From Okamejei kenojei (taxonomy: Eukaryota), in the NCBI GenBank assembly GCA_035221665.1, contig CM069151.1:20708001-20772000 (forward strand): a stretch of DNA of 64,000 bases, written 5' to 3'. This document shows positions 1-11,934 of the stretch, piece by piece (position 1 is the first letter of the stretch; every line of letters begins with the position of its first letter). The position numbers and the translations under genes are program-made. Under the pieces are notes generated by a model, which ran no database searches, was not told the DNA's origin, and worked only from the letters and a program-made list of their open reading frames with translations.

Positions 1-169
1 ATGCGGGCGCGACACCTCAGTGCGCAGTCGGATGGGAACTGACTGCATGTTTTACAAAATACATGTTTCACAAAACATGGGGGGGAATCGTCCCCCGCCT
101 CTGAAAACGTGGGGGACACACACACACACACACGTCCCCCCCCCCCCCCCCATGGAATTTACACCCCTG
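1..169. mobile_element. Right end of a probable hAT-like non-autonomous DNA transposon, truncated by the window edge
   Basis: Ends in GGAATTTACACCCCTG (reverse complement CAGGGGTGTAAATTCC, a CAGGGG-type terminus typical of vertebrate hAT MITEs) after a GGGGGAC...GTCCCCC subterminal palindrome; abuts the ADD codons of a LINE reverse transcriptase (RT). Confidence 0.45.
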
Positions 170-850
170 CGCAGACGACATCACCATAGTGGGCCAGATA
201 TGAAATGATAACGAGACGGAGCACAGTAAGGAGCTGCAGTACCTTGTCCTCTGGCGCCAAGACAACAACCTTTCCCTGAATGTCAGCAAGATAAAGAAGA
301 TTGTGATTAACTTCATGAAACGAAGCAGTACACATACCCCAGTGTACATTGATGGTGCTGAAGTAGAGTTCAAAAGCTTCAAGTTCCCAGGAATAAATAT
401 CACCAGCAACTTGTCCTGGACTAGCCACATCGAAACAATGGCCAATAAGTACACCAAAACCTTTACTTCCTTAGAAGGCTTAGGAAGTTATGTTTAGCAT
501 GTCCCAAACTTCCCTCACCAACCCTCACCAGGGTTGGGAGAGAGAGATAGATCAGCCATGATTAAATGGCAAAGTAGACTTGATGGGTTGAATGGCCTAA
601 TGCTGCTCCTATCACATGACAAACTTCTACAGATGTACTGTTGAAAGCATTTTATCAGGATACATCATAGCCTGATTTGAGAACAGCTCCATTCAAGACC
701 GCAAGAAATTGCAGAGATGTGTGGGCAAAGCCCAGACTATCACGCAAACCAACCTCCCTTCCATTGACTCCATCCACACTTCACACTGCCTCAGCAAGGC
801 CACCAGCATAATCAAGGATTAGTCTCATCTCAGTCACTCTCTCGTCCCAA
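170..850 (+). mobile_element. Decayed Rex1/Babar-like non-LTR retrotransposon, RT and C-terminal fragment
   Basis: Translates ADDITIVGQI*NDNETEHSKELQYLVLWRQDNNLSLNVSKIKKIVINFMKRSSTHTPVYIDGAEVEFKSFKFPGINITSNLSWTSHI (FADD motif, LNVSKTKE-like and NLSW motifs), with stops and frameshifts. A CR1 tail is nested at about 530-618. Confidence 0.85.
530..618 (+). mobile_element. HER1/CR1 LINE 3' tail nested in the Rex1 fragment
   Basis: gagagatagatcagccatgattaaatggc...gatgggttgaatggcctaatgctgctcctat matches the tail repeated at 28303-28380, 44630-44700 and 58500-58560. Confidence 0.8.
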
Positions 851-956
851 AAGTTTAATAAATACCAATGATCAAGCCCAAAGGGTAATTACATTTAATT
901 TTCTGACCAATATTGAAATTTTAGAAGACAATCATCACAGATTGTCTAACTAGCTA

Positions 957-1297
957 GTCATAGACACATGGAGCTACATAAAAGTGAAAATCCGTCCTTC
1001 GGGTACACTAAGCCAGTGCTGACCATTAAACACCCATCTACAAGAATCTTACATTAATCACATTTTTTACTATCCCACATTCTCATCTTCTCCCACTAGA
1101 TTCTCCCATTCACCTACACAGCAGGGACAGTTTACAGCGACGAATTGTCCTACCATCACACACATCTTTGGGATGTGATAGGAAACTGGTGCGCCAAGGG
1201 AAACCTACGTTTAGCTTGAATGTGCATTTGCAGCACCGGTGGTCAGATTTGAACTGGGATCAGGCACCAGCTCAGCAAACTCACCACTGTGCCACCC
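957..1297 (-). mobile_element. HE1-type V-SINE, diverged
   Basis: Reverse-complement match to the tRNA-like head (GGGTGGCACAGTGG), central domain (TTTCCTATCACATCCCAAAGA) and HER1-derived tail. Confidence 0.7.
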
Positions 1298-2439
1298 ATG
1301 AGGTAAAATTTCAGATTTATTCTTTCTTGAAAAGCATGCCATATTTCAAATTGTAGTAACCCGACATGTCAGGATGTCCTTGAGGTTTAACTCTGCTCTG
1401 AATTAATTAGTATCAGTCAACTCAATTTATCTTGATAAGAGGGTGGGAACAACCTGAATTCTGAGTATTTATAAGAGATATTAGTTAGAATATGTTACCA
1501 GTTACAATGTTGCCAGCATTTAATTAAACTTTGCAACTTGCAGACCCATAACGGAAAGACTTGCATTTCATTCGCTTGCGAAAAAAAATAAGTGTGCTGA
1601 CTTAAGAGAGCTGTAAAAACTGTCCAGGAACTGGTGAAAGCTCAAGAGTGGAAGTGCCAATAGGACTCACTCTTTAAGAGGCACATAATTAGTGTAATTA
1701 TTGACAGCTTCAGGTGCAGATTTGGACAGACACAGTACAAACAAATGGAACAGAAGCCTTCTCTGACTCGGGGAGTGTGGGGCAATGGAGAAAAGATGAC
1801 CACCTATGTCCCACTGTGTATTAACAATAACATTTTTATGTTCCAGGTCCAGTCAACACAGATTATACTATCACAATATTCCAAGGTTACAGATGTGCAG
1901 ATAAAATTAATTTCTGTAAATCTCTTGTTCTCAGTCAGTTGTATATCCTAGTTCTTGGAATAAACCTTCCTCAGCTATGAATGTCATTAATATGGCAGGA
2001 TTAGGTGAAGAGTTGTAATGAGTCTTGAGGATTACAATATTATCTAAAAGTGAACAACTTTATTTCAAATTTAGTTCATCATTCTTCCACAGATAAATGT
2101 CTAATAAAAATGGATTTTATAATAAATACCGGAGTTTATCTAACCACAATGCAATTAATTTATACCTGTGCAAAGTAGCATGGCCAGATTTTCCTTCACA
2201 ACAACACTGATGCTGATTGAGTCAACAATTGGTCTTGAAAAGTAGGCAAGTTACATCCCAAGCTGTTATATTGCCAACATTCATTTGTACATTCACAGCA
2301 TGAGAGTACTAATGTGGACCTGCAAGACATCAAATTGGCAAATCTTGTACAGCGTCTAGACCGGGTGCAGCAGGGCGAACTTACATGATCTGGTTCATTT
2401 ATAGCGATAAGAAACACCAGGTCCGCATCAGGGTTCTCT

Positions 2440-2760
2440 CCCTCATCGGCAGTGGGCATGTGAGGAGGCGCTGGCAATCTTGGGTTTCTCCCAGCAGCTT
2501 GGTCCTGTTCTCACAGGAGGAGGCACAGCGATCTCAGGCTTGTCCCTGCAGTTCACCCATTGCCTCATGAGGAGGTATTTGCATGTCGCAATCTTGTTCT
2601 GCCAGCTCACCTTTTGGGCTTGAAGGAGAAGGTGTGGCAATTTCAGCCTTATCCCTGCAGTTCACCTTTGCCTCGAGAAGAGGTGCTGGCAGTCTCGGGC
2701 TTGGCCTGGCAGCTCAGTCTTTGCCTTTAATTTGTCTCAGTGGAGGTGCTGGCTGACTAT
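2440..2760 (-). repeat. Degenerate tandem repeat of about 54 bp, 5-6 units
   Basis: Recurring unit ggaggtg(c)tggcaatctc(a/g)ggcttgtccctgcagttcacctttgcctc with copies near 2462, 2519, 2570, 2628 and 2680. Confidence 0.65.
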
Positions 2761-3589
2761 GGCTAGTCCTTCAGCACAGTCTTGACCACAAAATGGTGTC
2801 GCTTCCTCCCCCTGACTGGAGCAACTGGGTCTTGGCCCACCTTGACGAGGATCAGGTGGGCCAATCTAGTATCAACTGATTGGACACAGCTGTTACTTAT
2901 GTGGCTGCAGCCTCAGCTCAATGGAGCTGAGGTTTGGCTTCTCCTGGCCCGTCTGTGGATCAGAGTGGAATACGAGGGAGAGGGAGCTATCACAAAGCTA
3001 TCAGAAACACACCAAATTAGAAGATGGAAAGAAATACCAAGAGATGGCTGAATGAGCGACAGAAGTAATTGGTTATGAATAAAAGCGTGGAAAGATGAAG
3101 AGTATTAGAAGAGTTCCAGAATTCAGACCCAACGTCTTTGCAGGGAACGAAGAGGGGAAGACACACACATACAATAGGTGAAGTTGATAAAGCACTGGTG
3201 AAAATTGCAGAGATAACATTGAGAAAGGCAAAACAGAATTGGATAATTATGAAAATGGTTTAAAAAGCAGGAATCTGATTGACATCAATGAGAATAGAGC
3301 GACAAAACAAGATATCATAAAAGAAATGGATCATATCACAAAGTCCATTGTCATTTGACATCTTTCCCAACACCACTTTCTCATGCAATTCTTATTTCCC
3401 TTGTCTATCCATAGGCTTTGATGTACAACCATTGAAGGGCTCATTCCTGGCCTCAGTTCCACGTGTCCAAGCTTATTCTGAAGCAGACTCTCAAATTCCA
3501 GACTCTCAGACCTCTTAGTGTTCAACACAGAATGCAGAATATTAGGAAACTTCTATGAAATATATAATCTAAAAGCAGATAATATATCC

Positions 3590-3690
3590 AGAAAATAGAC
3601 ACAAAATGCTGGAGTAACTCAGCGGGCCAGGCAGCATCTCTGGAGAGAAGGAATGGTTGACATTTCGGGTTGAGACCCTTCTTCACACTC
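3590..3690 (-). mobile_element. Penelope-derived short repeat with degenerate hammerhead core
   Basis: atagacacaaaatgctggagtaactcagcgggccaggcagcatctctggagagaaggaatggttgacatttcgggttgagacccttcttca; flanked by atatatccagaaa / atatctccagaaa. Confidence 0.8.
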
Positions 3691-4785
3691 CATATCTCCA
3701 GAAACATCTATACTAACCCTAGGAATCTTTTGACTCTCTGTTCACTGAAAAAAGTCATACAGGGGTGTAGACAATTACAAAATATAAAGATTGGGAACAT
3801 TTGAAAGTTTATCTCTTAAAGGTGCTCTATTCCAGCATTAGTAGCTTTATATGTGATTATCGTGAATTTATTCAAATAGTTTAAAGAACTTGAAATTCAA
3901 ACACTCTATTGATAAAATTTCAGGCTTTTTGCAACATCCTCTGCAATGGACTGGAGGCAGTGGTGAGACAATGATGCGTAAGAAAGTCATAAAGTCATGG
4001 CATAAATCAACTTGAAAATGAACTACTGGAGGTACTGCCCACCCAAACCGCGTCTGTACAGTACCCTCCACAGATGCTGCCTGACCCGCCAAGTTCCTCC
4101 CGGAGTTTGTTTTTTTACTCAAGATTCCAGCATCTGCAGTTCCATATATCTTCTTGAAAGTAGAATAACTCCAAAGTAATTCTTTGAGGTTGCATTAAAT
4201 CCATCCATCTCTGAAACTCCCCACTGTGGCAACGTACAGCCTGTGAATCCAAACCACTCTAGAATTATTAAAAAGGGACATTGAAATTCATTCCGCCCAA
4301 GCAAATTTCCCTCCACCTCAGACTTGTGCTGATTTACTTTGATTTGTGAATCTCATTAGGTGGAGCCACTGATAACTAGTGCAGCTTTCATTGCAGCTAT
4401 GGGCTCAAATGAATACCTACTTGTTCAGCCATCCATAGATCACATGCCCAGAACATGCCTGAAGCATTGTACTTTCAATGGCGTCACACATCCATGGCAG
4501 AAAAAATAATTATTAATAAATCCATCAGATATCTGACTATCAGTTTAACTGTGATTGAATCAATCTCTAGTTCCATTCATTCAACAAGTTACATAATGCA
4601 CCAATAAGCAACAATCGTAACATCAAAATTATCAGTGATCTGACCTGGATCTCCTAAATGAAATTGGCTCCAGTATTTTGGGGCAATTGTGTTTATAACA
4701 TTCCCTTCCAAAACTAAATCTACAAAATCAAATTTAAAAGCATTACATTTTAATTACCTATCTTGGCCAAAACTCCGGGTGCTTT

Positions 4786-5025
4786 AGTTTAGTTTAGTTT
4801 AGAGATACAGCATGGAAACATGCCCTTTGGCCCACCAGGTCCGCATCGAGACAGCGATCCTCGAACGTTAACACTATCCTACACACACTGGGGATAATTT
4901 TTACATTTAACAAGCCAATTAACCTACAAACCTGTACGTCTTTGGAGTGTGGGAGAAAACCGAAGATCTCGGAGAAAATCCATGACGGTCACGGGGAGAA
5001 CATACAAACTCCGTACAGACTTCAT
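4786..5025 (-). mobile_element. HE1-type V-SINE, 5'-truncated
   Basis: (ttag)n tail, ggaaacatgccctttggccc, and tttggagtgtgggagaaaaccgaagatctcggagaaaa (V-domain, reverse strand). Confidence 0.85.
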
Positions 5026-5989
5026 CCAAGAAGTCCTTACAAATAATTATAGTCTATTATAAGTGGAAGACTGTCATCCTTGAAATTTAACCATGCATTC
5101 CCAGTTTTTCTTTTAAGTGCCAAATTTCCAAAAATGAAGTGATTGCATATTTTTCTGGTCACACTGAAGCATTCAAGAAAACTGGCCGGGCACACCCAGA
5201 ATCTCTCGTGCCAATTATGTGTTTTCCTAGTCGCACCCAACAGCACCATTCACTCCGTAATAATCCAGTAGAATTGGGAAAAATAAATATTTGATATTTA
5301 AGACACTAAGAAAATACTCACAGACATATAAAAAGGATGAAATGCATTTAAACTAACTGAATTAAACCACATTTTTAAAAATCTACTCAATGTTCTCAAA
5401 ATAAGTTGTTTCCTCCCATTGATTTCAATGGGGCTGTTGTACTTGCACCAAGCTAATTAGGCAGATTTCACAAACACCGCCGTGGTGAATCTCATAGGGG
5501 ATGTAGGTAGGTACAGCCTGCAGCACAATTGGTATTGCTGATGCTGCTACTGGCTCAAACCTTCTCTGGACTACAGTGCTATTGTAGCACTGAACCACAG
5601 GGCCACTGCCTAGAAACACAGTTAATGCCAACAGAGGCTCTGGCTCCTAGGCAGGAGATCCACCTCTGGGATCTGGCCACACTGCAGTGAAGATCCTGAA
5701 GAAAGTTTGAAGATGTTTGACAGAACCTGTGGCCACCATTTTCAATTATCTTTATATACAATTTAAAGAAAAAGATGAGAGAGGAATTATACATTCATCA
5801 TTAAAGACCAAACAGAGGAAAAACTGAGTGCTTAATACATGCCTAACATCTAAATTATATCTGACATCATCTATACAGAGACTCGATGAACTCACAATTG
5901 AGGATCAAATAAATCAAGAACTTACAAATGTAGGGTGCAGTCAAGAATGTTTTCTTATGCAAACGTAAGGGCTGGACAACCAACTTATT

Positions 5990-6280
5990 GAATTGATGCG
6001 TTATATTCGTATTTGAGAATGTGTCCCATCTTAAAGTTTACACCAAAATACAGAAATGCTCTATAAGAGAAGTAGCAATGAATACAGAAACGTATTTAAC
6101 AGAGAAGCAAAAGGCAGATACAATAAACATTTTAAAGGAATTTGGTTTGATATATGAATGGGAAAGGATTTCAATGTATATAGGTCAAATGTGGGCAAAT
6201 AGGACTGCCGAGACGAGCATCTTAATTCATATGGACTGTTTGGGCCAAAGGACCTGTATCCATGCTCTATAACTCCATGA
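5990..6280 (+). mobile_element. Old CR1/HER1 LINE 3' fragment
   Basis: Diverged match to the CR1 3' end: acattttaaagg...gtgggcaaataggac...tgggccaaaggacctgtatccatgctctataactccatga. Confidence 0.55.
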
Positions 6281-7456
6281 GAGTTAATGTCTGCTGTTCC
6301 AATTGTTCAAAGATTAGAGATTGATGCACTGCACTGTTTAGTGCCAAACCAAACCTGCTAGTTGGTACTTGGTAAATTGCTAAAGGAGTTGGGAAACATT
6401 TTGAGTATAGTATTGACAGAATGGACAACCAGAGAGCAGATGTGATTTAATGTGTTAAATGATGCAATCACATATTTTTTATAGAAAATAAGAGCTAATA
6501 GAAACCTGACTGAATGTTGAGAAAGTATAAAAAAGTACAACCTCACAGGGTTTTTATTTTTTTCATAAAGACCTGTAAGGTTAGAAGGCTAACAACATTT
6601 TGAACTTTATGAATTGAGTGGTGTGTTTGTAAAAGTATAATTGCTAGATTGCACTTACAGCATGTACCTAGTTTTGGATATGTGTTGGAGAATGAGCATT
6701 AAAGCCAAGTTAAATTTACAACACCAATTCACTAGAAAACCAACATGTTTAAGAGACTATAAGAAAATACCTTAGATTTGAGGCTCTCTCTAATTCACTA
6801 GTAAAGGCAAAATCATTTCACCGCATTTACAGTATGATTTTTTTTAATGAGCTTTGAGAATACAAAATTAGCCGTAGCGTCAATACTAAGGGTTCATCAA
6901 TTTAAAACTCATAATGTTTGTTTTATGCTTTTACAGGATTTAGATGTAACTTACAGATCATTTTTGCTCTCTCGATTGTCATTGCATTTGAGAAAATTGG
7001 TGAAACCATTTCAGCTATTCTGGTGAGTGGTGTTAGGAATGGAGATGTCCCAATGAAAGACAGCACCATTTCATATTTTAATACAAATGTAAATAAACAC
7101 TGAAGCAAAGAACTCAGAAGAGAAATCAGTGCAGTGGAACTTGTCCTCAATACTCCACAAAGAGTCAATTATGAATCATTTGCTTTGTCAAATTTTTACT
7201 CGATGAAAAATTACATTTGATGTGAATATTTTTTCCTGAATAGAACTATTAACAGAGGACTCCTGGGATTCTAGTATTTTTCTAACAGTGCAAAACAAGT
7301 TCGGGTCAAAGGACAGCACATGGAGAATTACGATAGATCAGAGAGAGAGCACAAAAAGATTTTTGAATGACTGCAAGTCACTTAATGGTTCAATGGTGCT
7401 TTATCTGTCACATTTGCAACTGCACAGTGAATTTCTTTTCACATATTTATACATGC

Positions 7457-7950
7457 AGGTGCCGCCATGTTTGGCGCCATTTCCAAACCCAAAGTCCAGT
7501 TCACCCTCATGCTCAGCATTCTGGAGCAGTTCCTGATCTAGATAAGCCTCAGGCTCCTGCAGGGCCTTCCGCCATAGCCTTCGACCGGATCGGCCCACGA
7601 ACCGATGAACTTCTCCTCACCCGGCCATCCTTGCGTCCCGAGGGTGCCTCCTGCAGCCGACGTTGAAGGCGCTGGAGGCATTACCCCAGTTCACCTTCGT
7701 ACTGTCTCTTGCTCCTCAAGTCCCACATCTTCAGCGGCTCCCTCCTCATCGGTTCTCTGGTCTTTGGGCGAACAAGCAAGGTCCAGGCCTGGTGGCTTCC
7801 CACAACAAGTCACGGTTAGGGGAACCTTTGGGTCCTCTGGGTGAGATCCCAGTTCCGTGGTCTGATAAGCCTTTGGGTCTTCTGGGTGAGTTCCCGGTTC
7901 TGCGGCCAGGGCACCTTATAAGGCCTCTAGTGCGCAACACCTCAGGAAAT
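7457..7950. repeat. GC-rich repeat-like insert with an internal duplication of about 45 bp
   Basis: Abrupt rise in GC/CpG; cctttgggtc(c/t)tctgggtgag(a/t)tccc(a/g)gtt occurs at 7825 and 7870. Family not recognised. Confidence 0.4.
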
Positions 7951-8094
7951 GTAATTTTGGTAAAAATGATGTAGGTTAATCATGCACAGCAAGGTATATT
8001 TCTTAAACCACCAAAATCCTTAACGAATGACAGTAAAATAGAATATTGCTCCTATTTCTATATCATATTTATTTTATATATAAATGTGGATTCC

Positions 8095-8430
8095 CTTCAG
8101 TTCCTCCCTCTCACTATTGTTTGTGTCATCCATAGTGAAGACAGAACCAAAGTACTCATTTAACTGTTCTGCCATTTCCTTGTTTCCCATTATAAATTCA
8201 CCTGTCTCTGATTGTAAGGGAACCTGCATTTGTCTTCACTAACTTTTTCTTTTAACGTATCTGAAGAAGCTTTTAGAGTCAATGTTTATATTCCCCGCAA
8301 GCTTTCTTTCTTGCTCTTTTTCCCCCCTCTTAATTAACCCCTTTGTCCTCCTCTGTTGAGTTCTAAATTTCCCCCAGTCCTCCGCTTTGCTGCTTCCTCT
8401 GGCCAATTCATATGCCTTTTCCTTGAATTG
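8095..8430 (-). mobile_element. CR1-type LINE internal fragment
   Basis: Reverse strand encodes an LAGNIN-DSKSFFRYVKRK and GEFIMGNKEMAEQLNEYFGSVFT-like segment of CR1 ORF2. Confidence 0.75.
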
Positions 8431-8767
8431 AACTGCCTGTCCCCTGAGTTATTCCAGCATTTTGTGTCAATCTTCTGGATGTAGTTATTGTTGTAGTCGA
8501 CAAGAGAAAATCATTCAGAAATGCTGGGGAATACCACAATTATTTATAACAAAACCAATGTTGAAATATAAACTGGATGAATGTATGCAATAAGCAGTTG
8601 TATTAATGCACAGTCTTGCACAGAACATCGACTAGGGGAATTGAAAGTATATTGCAAATAATGTTTTTAAAAGATTGCCTGGATGGTCTCATGATAAAAA
8701 GCTAAATATTCTTTCCAATGTTCAAATTCAATTCCTTGGATTCTTTAAATATCATAATAAAGAAGAT

Positions 8768-8876
8768 AATGCCTCAGAATCTATACAGATTTTGAAGCAT
8801 TGGCTGAAAAGATGAATCTACCTTGTAGTCAAAGCCTCTTTGCATTCAGTCCAGATGATAGCTTCATGAATGCACA
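8768..8876. repeat. Copy 1 of a local repeat of about 105 bp (old fold-back/MITE-like)
   Basis: Aligns directly with 9755-9853 (ctatacagatt.tga.gcatt.gctgaaaagat.aatctaccttgtag.ca.agcctctttgcat.cagtccagatgatagcttc). Confidence 0.7.
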
Positions 8877-9718
8877 GTGTTGTTCCAAGGACCATAAGTT
8901 ACTCACTTTAATGCAATAGAGCTGTAGTTTTTATTTACAAGAATCTTTCATGTCTTAACTAATATCCCACAACTGGCAACGTTTATACAGATTTAACAAA
9001 TTTACTATTTATTGAGGAATTGGAGATCAAAAACATTATAAATTACGCTTCTATGCATCTACATATGCTTACAAATTTTAATATCATGATTAAGTTTTTC
9101 AAGGCCTTAAATTACATTGAATATACTCAACCTCAGTGCCACAAAGTTACTGTTATTAGGGTCTCAACACTGCTTTTTTCCCCCTCACAAGTTAATTAAT
9201 TTTACATTGTTCTTTGTGTTTCTGCAGACACAGAAGATATTGAAGAACCTGAACACACACCTACATTATTTCATTGAAGTTCAAACACATGAACAGGATA
9301 TCGTCACTGAGTGACAAGCGATAGACATGCAAATTGGTTTTATATTATTGGGTAGATTGTTAGATTACAAGGACCTGCTTAATGGAGAAAAAGAACAACA
9401 GCTGAAATGTATTTAACCATAAACCTCAGGTTGAAATGTATTATAATTATTTGTACCACTGGTGAATTAACATTGGATGAGGCACTGGCCCTGGTATTGG
9501 CTTCCATTTAGTTACAAAAAAAATCAAAGCGTTTAAGATCTTTGAATTCTTTGGCATCAGTGATTAAAAATCCGATGGCAGAATTGTTTAGCGTGATTGG
9601 GGAGGCAGTTTTGAGCAGTGTGTAGCTGCATGTTTATTATCCAATGCAAAAATTAATTGGCAAAACTTTGTTTTTTTTAAAATCAGGAGAGAATTTGTAA
9701 AATCATAAAGTCGTTAAA

Positions 9719-9853
9719 ATGCATTCCATGTATGTTCCGGAAGCATATGATTAGACTCTATACAGATTCTGAGGCATTAGCTGAAAAGATTAATCTACCT
9801 TGTAGCCATAGCCTCTTTGCATACAGTCCAGATGATAGCTTCTAGGAATGCAC
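9719..9853. repeat. Copy 2 of the local repeat, with degenerate inverted ends
   Basis: tgcattcc...gaagcatatgattagact at the left mirrors agtccagatgatagcttctaggaatgca at the right. Confidence 0.6.
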
Positions 9854-10099
9854 ATAGCGAATCTTTCTAGTAGCCAATGGCTGGCTGTTTGTATGCCTCA
9901 ATCATTTCATTAAAAAAAATTCCCTTGGAAAACCAGCTTCTAGTCAGTGAAGGGAATTAGAACCTTTAACAAAGAACCCCTACAAAATTCTACAACATTT
10001 TCCAAAATAAATTTCCTAAAGTCACTATATTCAATGTTTGCAAATGGAATATCAGACTCACTTATAATAAAAAGTCAATACCAAAATGGAATTGTTACC

Positions 10100-10440
10100 A
10101 GCATCTGTCTCTACCCTTACCCCTCTCTTTCCCCACCTGGCTCCATTTATCTTAGGTTTTCTTTTCTTATCTTCCCACCCATCACCTACCATTCTCTGCT
10201 TCAATCCTTCCATTCCCCTTCACCAACTTGGCTCCATCTGCCTATCATTCCCTCCCATCCGCTTCTATCAATCACCCACCAGCCTCTATCTCATTCTGCC
10301 TCTCCAGATATTGGCCATCTTCCATCTATGCTCCAATTCCTGATGGAGTGCTGCAACCTGCAACATCAACATCCCTTGGCCTCCCCAGATGTTGCTTAAC
10401 CTATTGAATATTCCAGCAGTTTATCTTTTGCTCTGGAATT
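10100..10440 (+). mobile_element. Old Penelope-like 3' region
   Basis: Pyrimidine-rich tract, then ctgatggagtgctgcaacctgcaacatc (decayed CTGATGA...GAAACGTC) and cagatgttgcttaacctattgaatattccagca. Confidence 0.5.
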
Positions 10441-11046
10441 GTTACATTTCATCATGAATCCAACTACTTTCTTTAATTACACTGAGAACATAAATGTGTT
10501 TTGTTCAGAGAAAAAGGTGGCAAATTCTATTCACATTTTTCCATTATCAATGTTTGGAATTAATTCCTGAATGCAAGTGCTGAAATTAAAGGGCCAGATT
10601 TCCGAATAGCAAAGACAGCTAAGCTACCAGAATTCACTATCATTACTTCAAAAAATAGAAAGCAACTTCACAAATTGCTAATGTTTCTGTCAGTGTTTCA
10701 GCCACTTTTACAGGGACTGCTGTTTGTGGCATTCACCGTCTTCAGCTGAATTAGCAAGAATTTCATGGATTTACAAATGAATCCCGCCATAAATTACCCC
10801 CATAATCCTGCAATTCATTGCGAGATATTTGAGTTATTGTGTTTCAAACAATTTAGTGATAAATTTGATATTTTGTATTCAATTTCTTGGTCTGAATATT
10901 TCAAAATAAAGAATCAATTCTTTAAGTTAATGTGATATCTCAGTTTTAATCTGGGCTCATCTTTATTTGGCACTGCATTTTGTGCTTAAAACACAAATCA
11001 AAACCCATCTGATGGAATTCTTTAATGCAAGTTGCCACTTGGCTAG

Positions 11047-11160
11047 TTCAAAAGTTCATAAGAGTTAGGAGCAGAATTAGGCCATTCGGCCCATCAAGTC
11101 TACTCTGCCATTCAATCATGGCTGATCTATCTTTCCATCTTAACCCCATACTCCTGCTTG
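11047..11160 (-). mobile_element. HER1/CR1 3' tail
   Basis: aggagcagaattaggccattcggcccatcaagtctactctgccattcaatcatggctgatctatct. Confidence 0.85.
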
Positions 11161-11686
11161 ATGGCATCTTAATCACTGGATACCAGAGTTACACTTTCCC
11201 TTCAGAGAAGGGAAAGTTTTCATCACAGAGGTTCTTGTGGGAGTTATCTCCCAAGGTCAACAGTTACTATGCCTGAGACGTAAATATACTTACGCTTTGG
11301 TGGAACATTAGTGCAATTGCTGAGATAACAGGGTAGACTCCTTTAGATAGTGTGGCAGTTTTAAATCTCATGGCTGAGTTCCTTTGAAATTCAATGGGGA
11401 TTATAGGCCCGATGTTAAGGAGCAAAAGGGTGGGGGTTTTCTTTTTTAATACTTTGCTTTGGTTGTTTAACATTTCTATTTATTTATCTGTATTTTCGAA
11501 TGATGATATCAATAATTCTTTTTCTAATTTTTAAAAATAAATAAATTTTAAATTCTTCAATTTACCCCCACAAATCTAATAACTTTTAAATGCTAGGCAG
11601 GGGAATAGGACAGCAACATCAGGTCCACTGATAAATAGAATAAATATTTCAATGAATCTTAACAGGTTTTTAATTTTCAATGTAAA

Positions 11687-11932
11687 TGACTACATCCTTG
11701 GCGATCGCTTCGCCCAACACCTCCGCTCTGTTCGCATTAACCAACCTGATCTCCCAGTGGCTTAGCACTTCAACTCCCCCTCCCATTCCGAATCTGACCT
11801 TTCTGTCCTGGGCCTCCTCCATCCCCACCGCAAATTGGAGGAGCAGCACCTCATATTTGGCTTGGGTAGTTTACACCCCAGCAGTATGAACATTGACTTC
11901 TCCAATTTCAGGTAACCCTTGCTTTCTCCCCC
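11687..11932 (+). mobile_element. Penelope-like element, C-terminal GIY-YIG endonuclease remnant
   Basis: Translates LGDRFAQHLRSVRINQPDLPVA*HFNSPSHSESDLSVLGLLH...RKLEEQHLIFGLGSLHP..MNIDFSNFR, with the RFxEH, VAxHF, LExxxI and GxN motifs of Penelope GIY-YIG C-termini; in-frame stop and deletions. Confidence 0.85.
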
Positions 11933-11934
11933 AC

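Noticed and set aside
2440-2760. Regularly spaced repeats considered as a CRISPR-like array
   Set aside because: The units are contiguous and degenerate with no unique spacers, the context is vertebrate and there are no cas genes.
5415-5432. Short palindrome cccattgatttcaatggg (similar sequence at 11381-11399)
   Set aside because: Too short to define an element, and no matching termini or target-site duplication were found around it.
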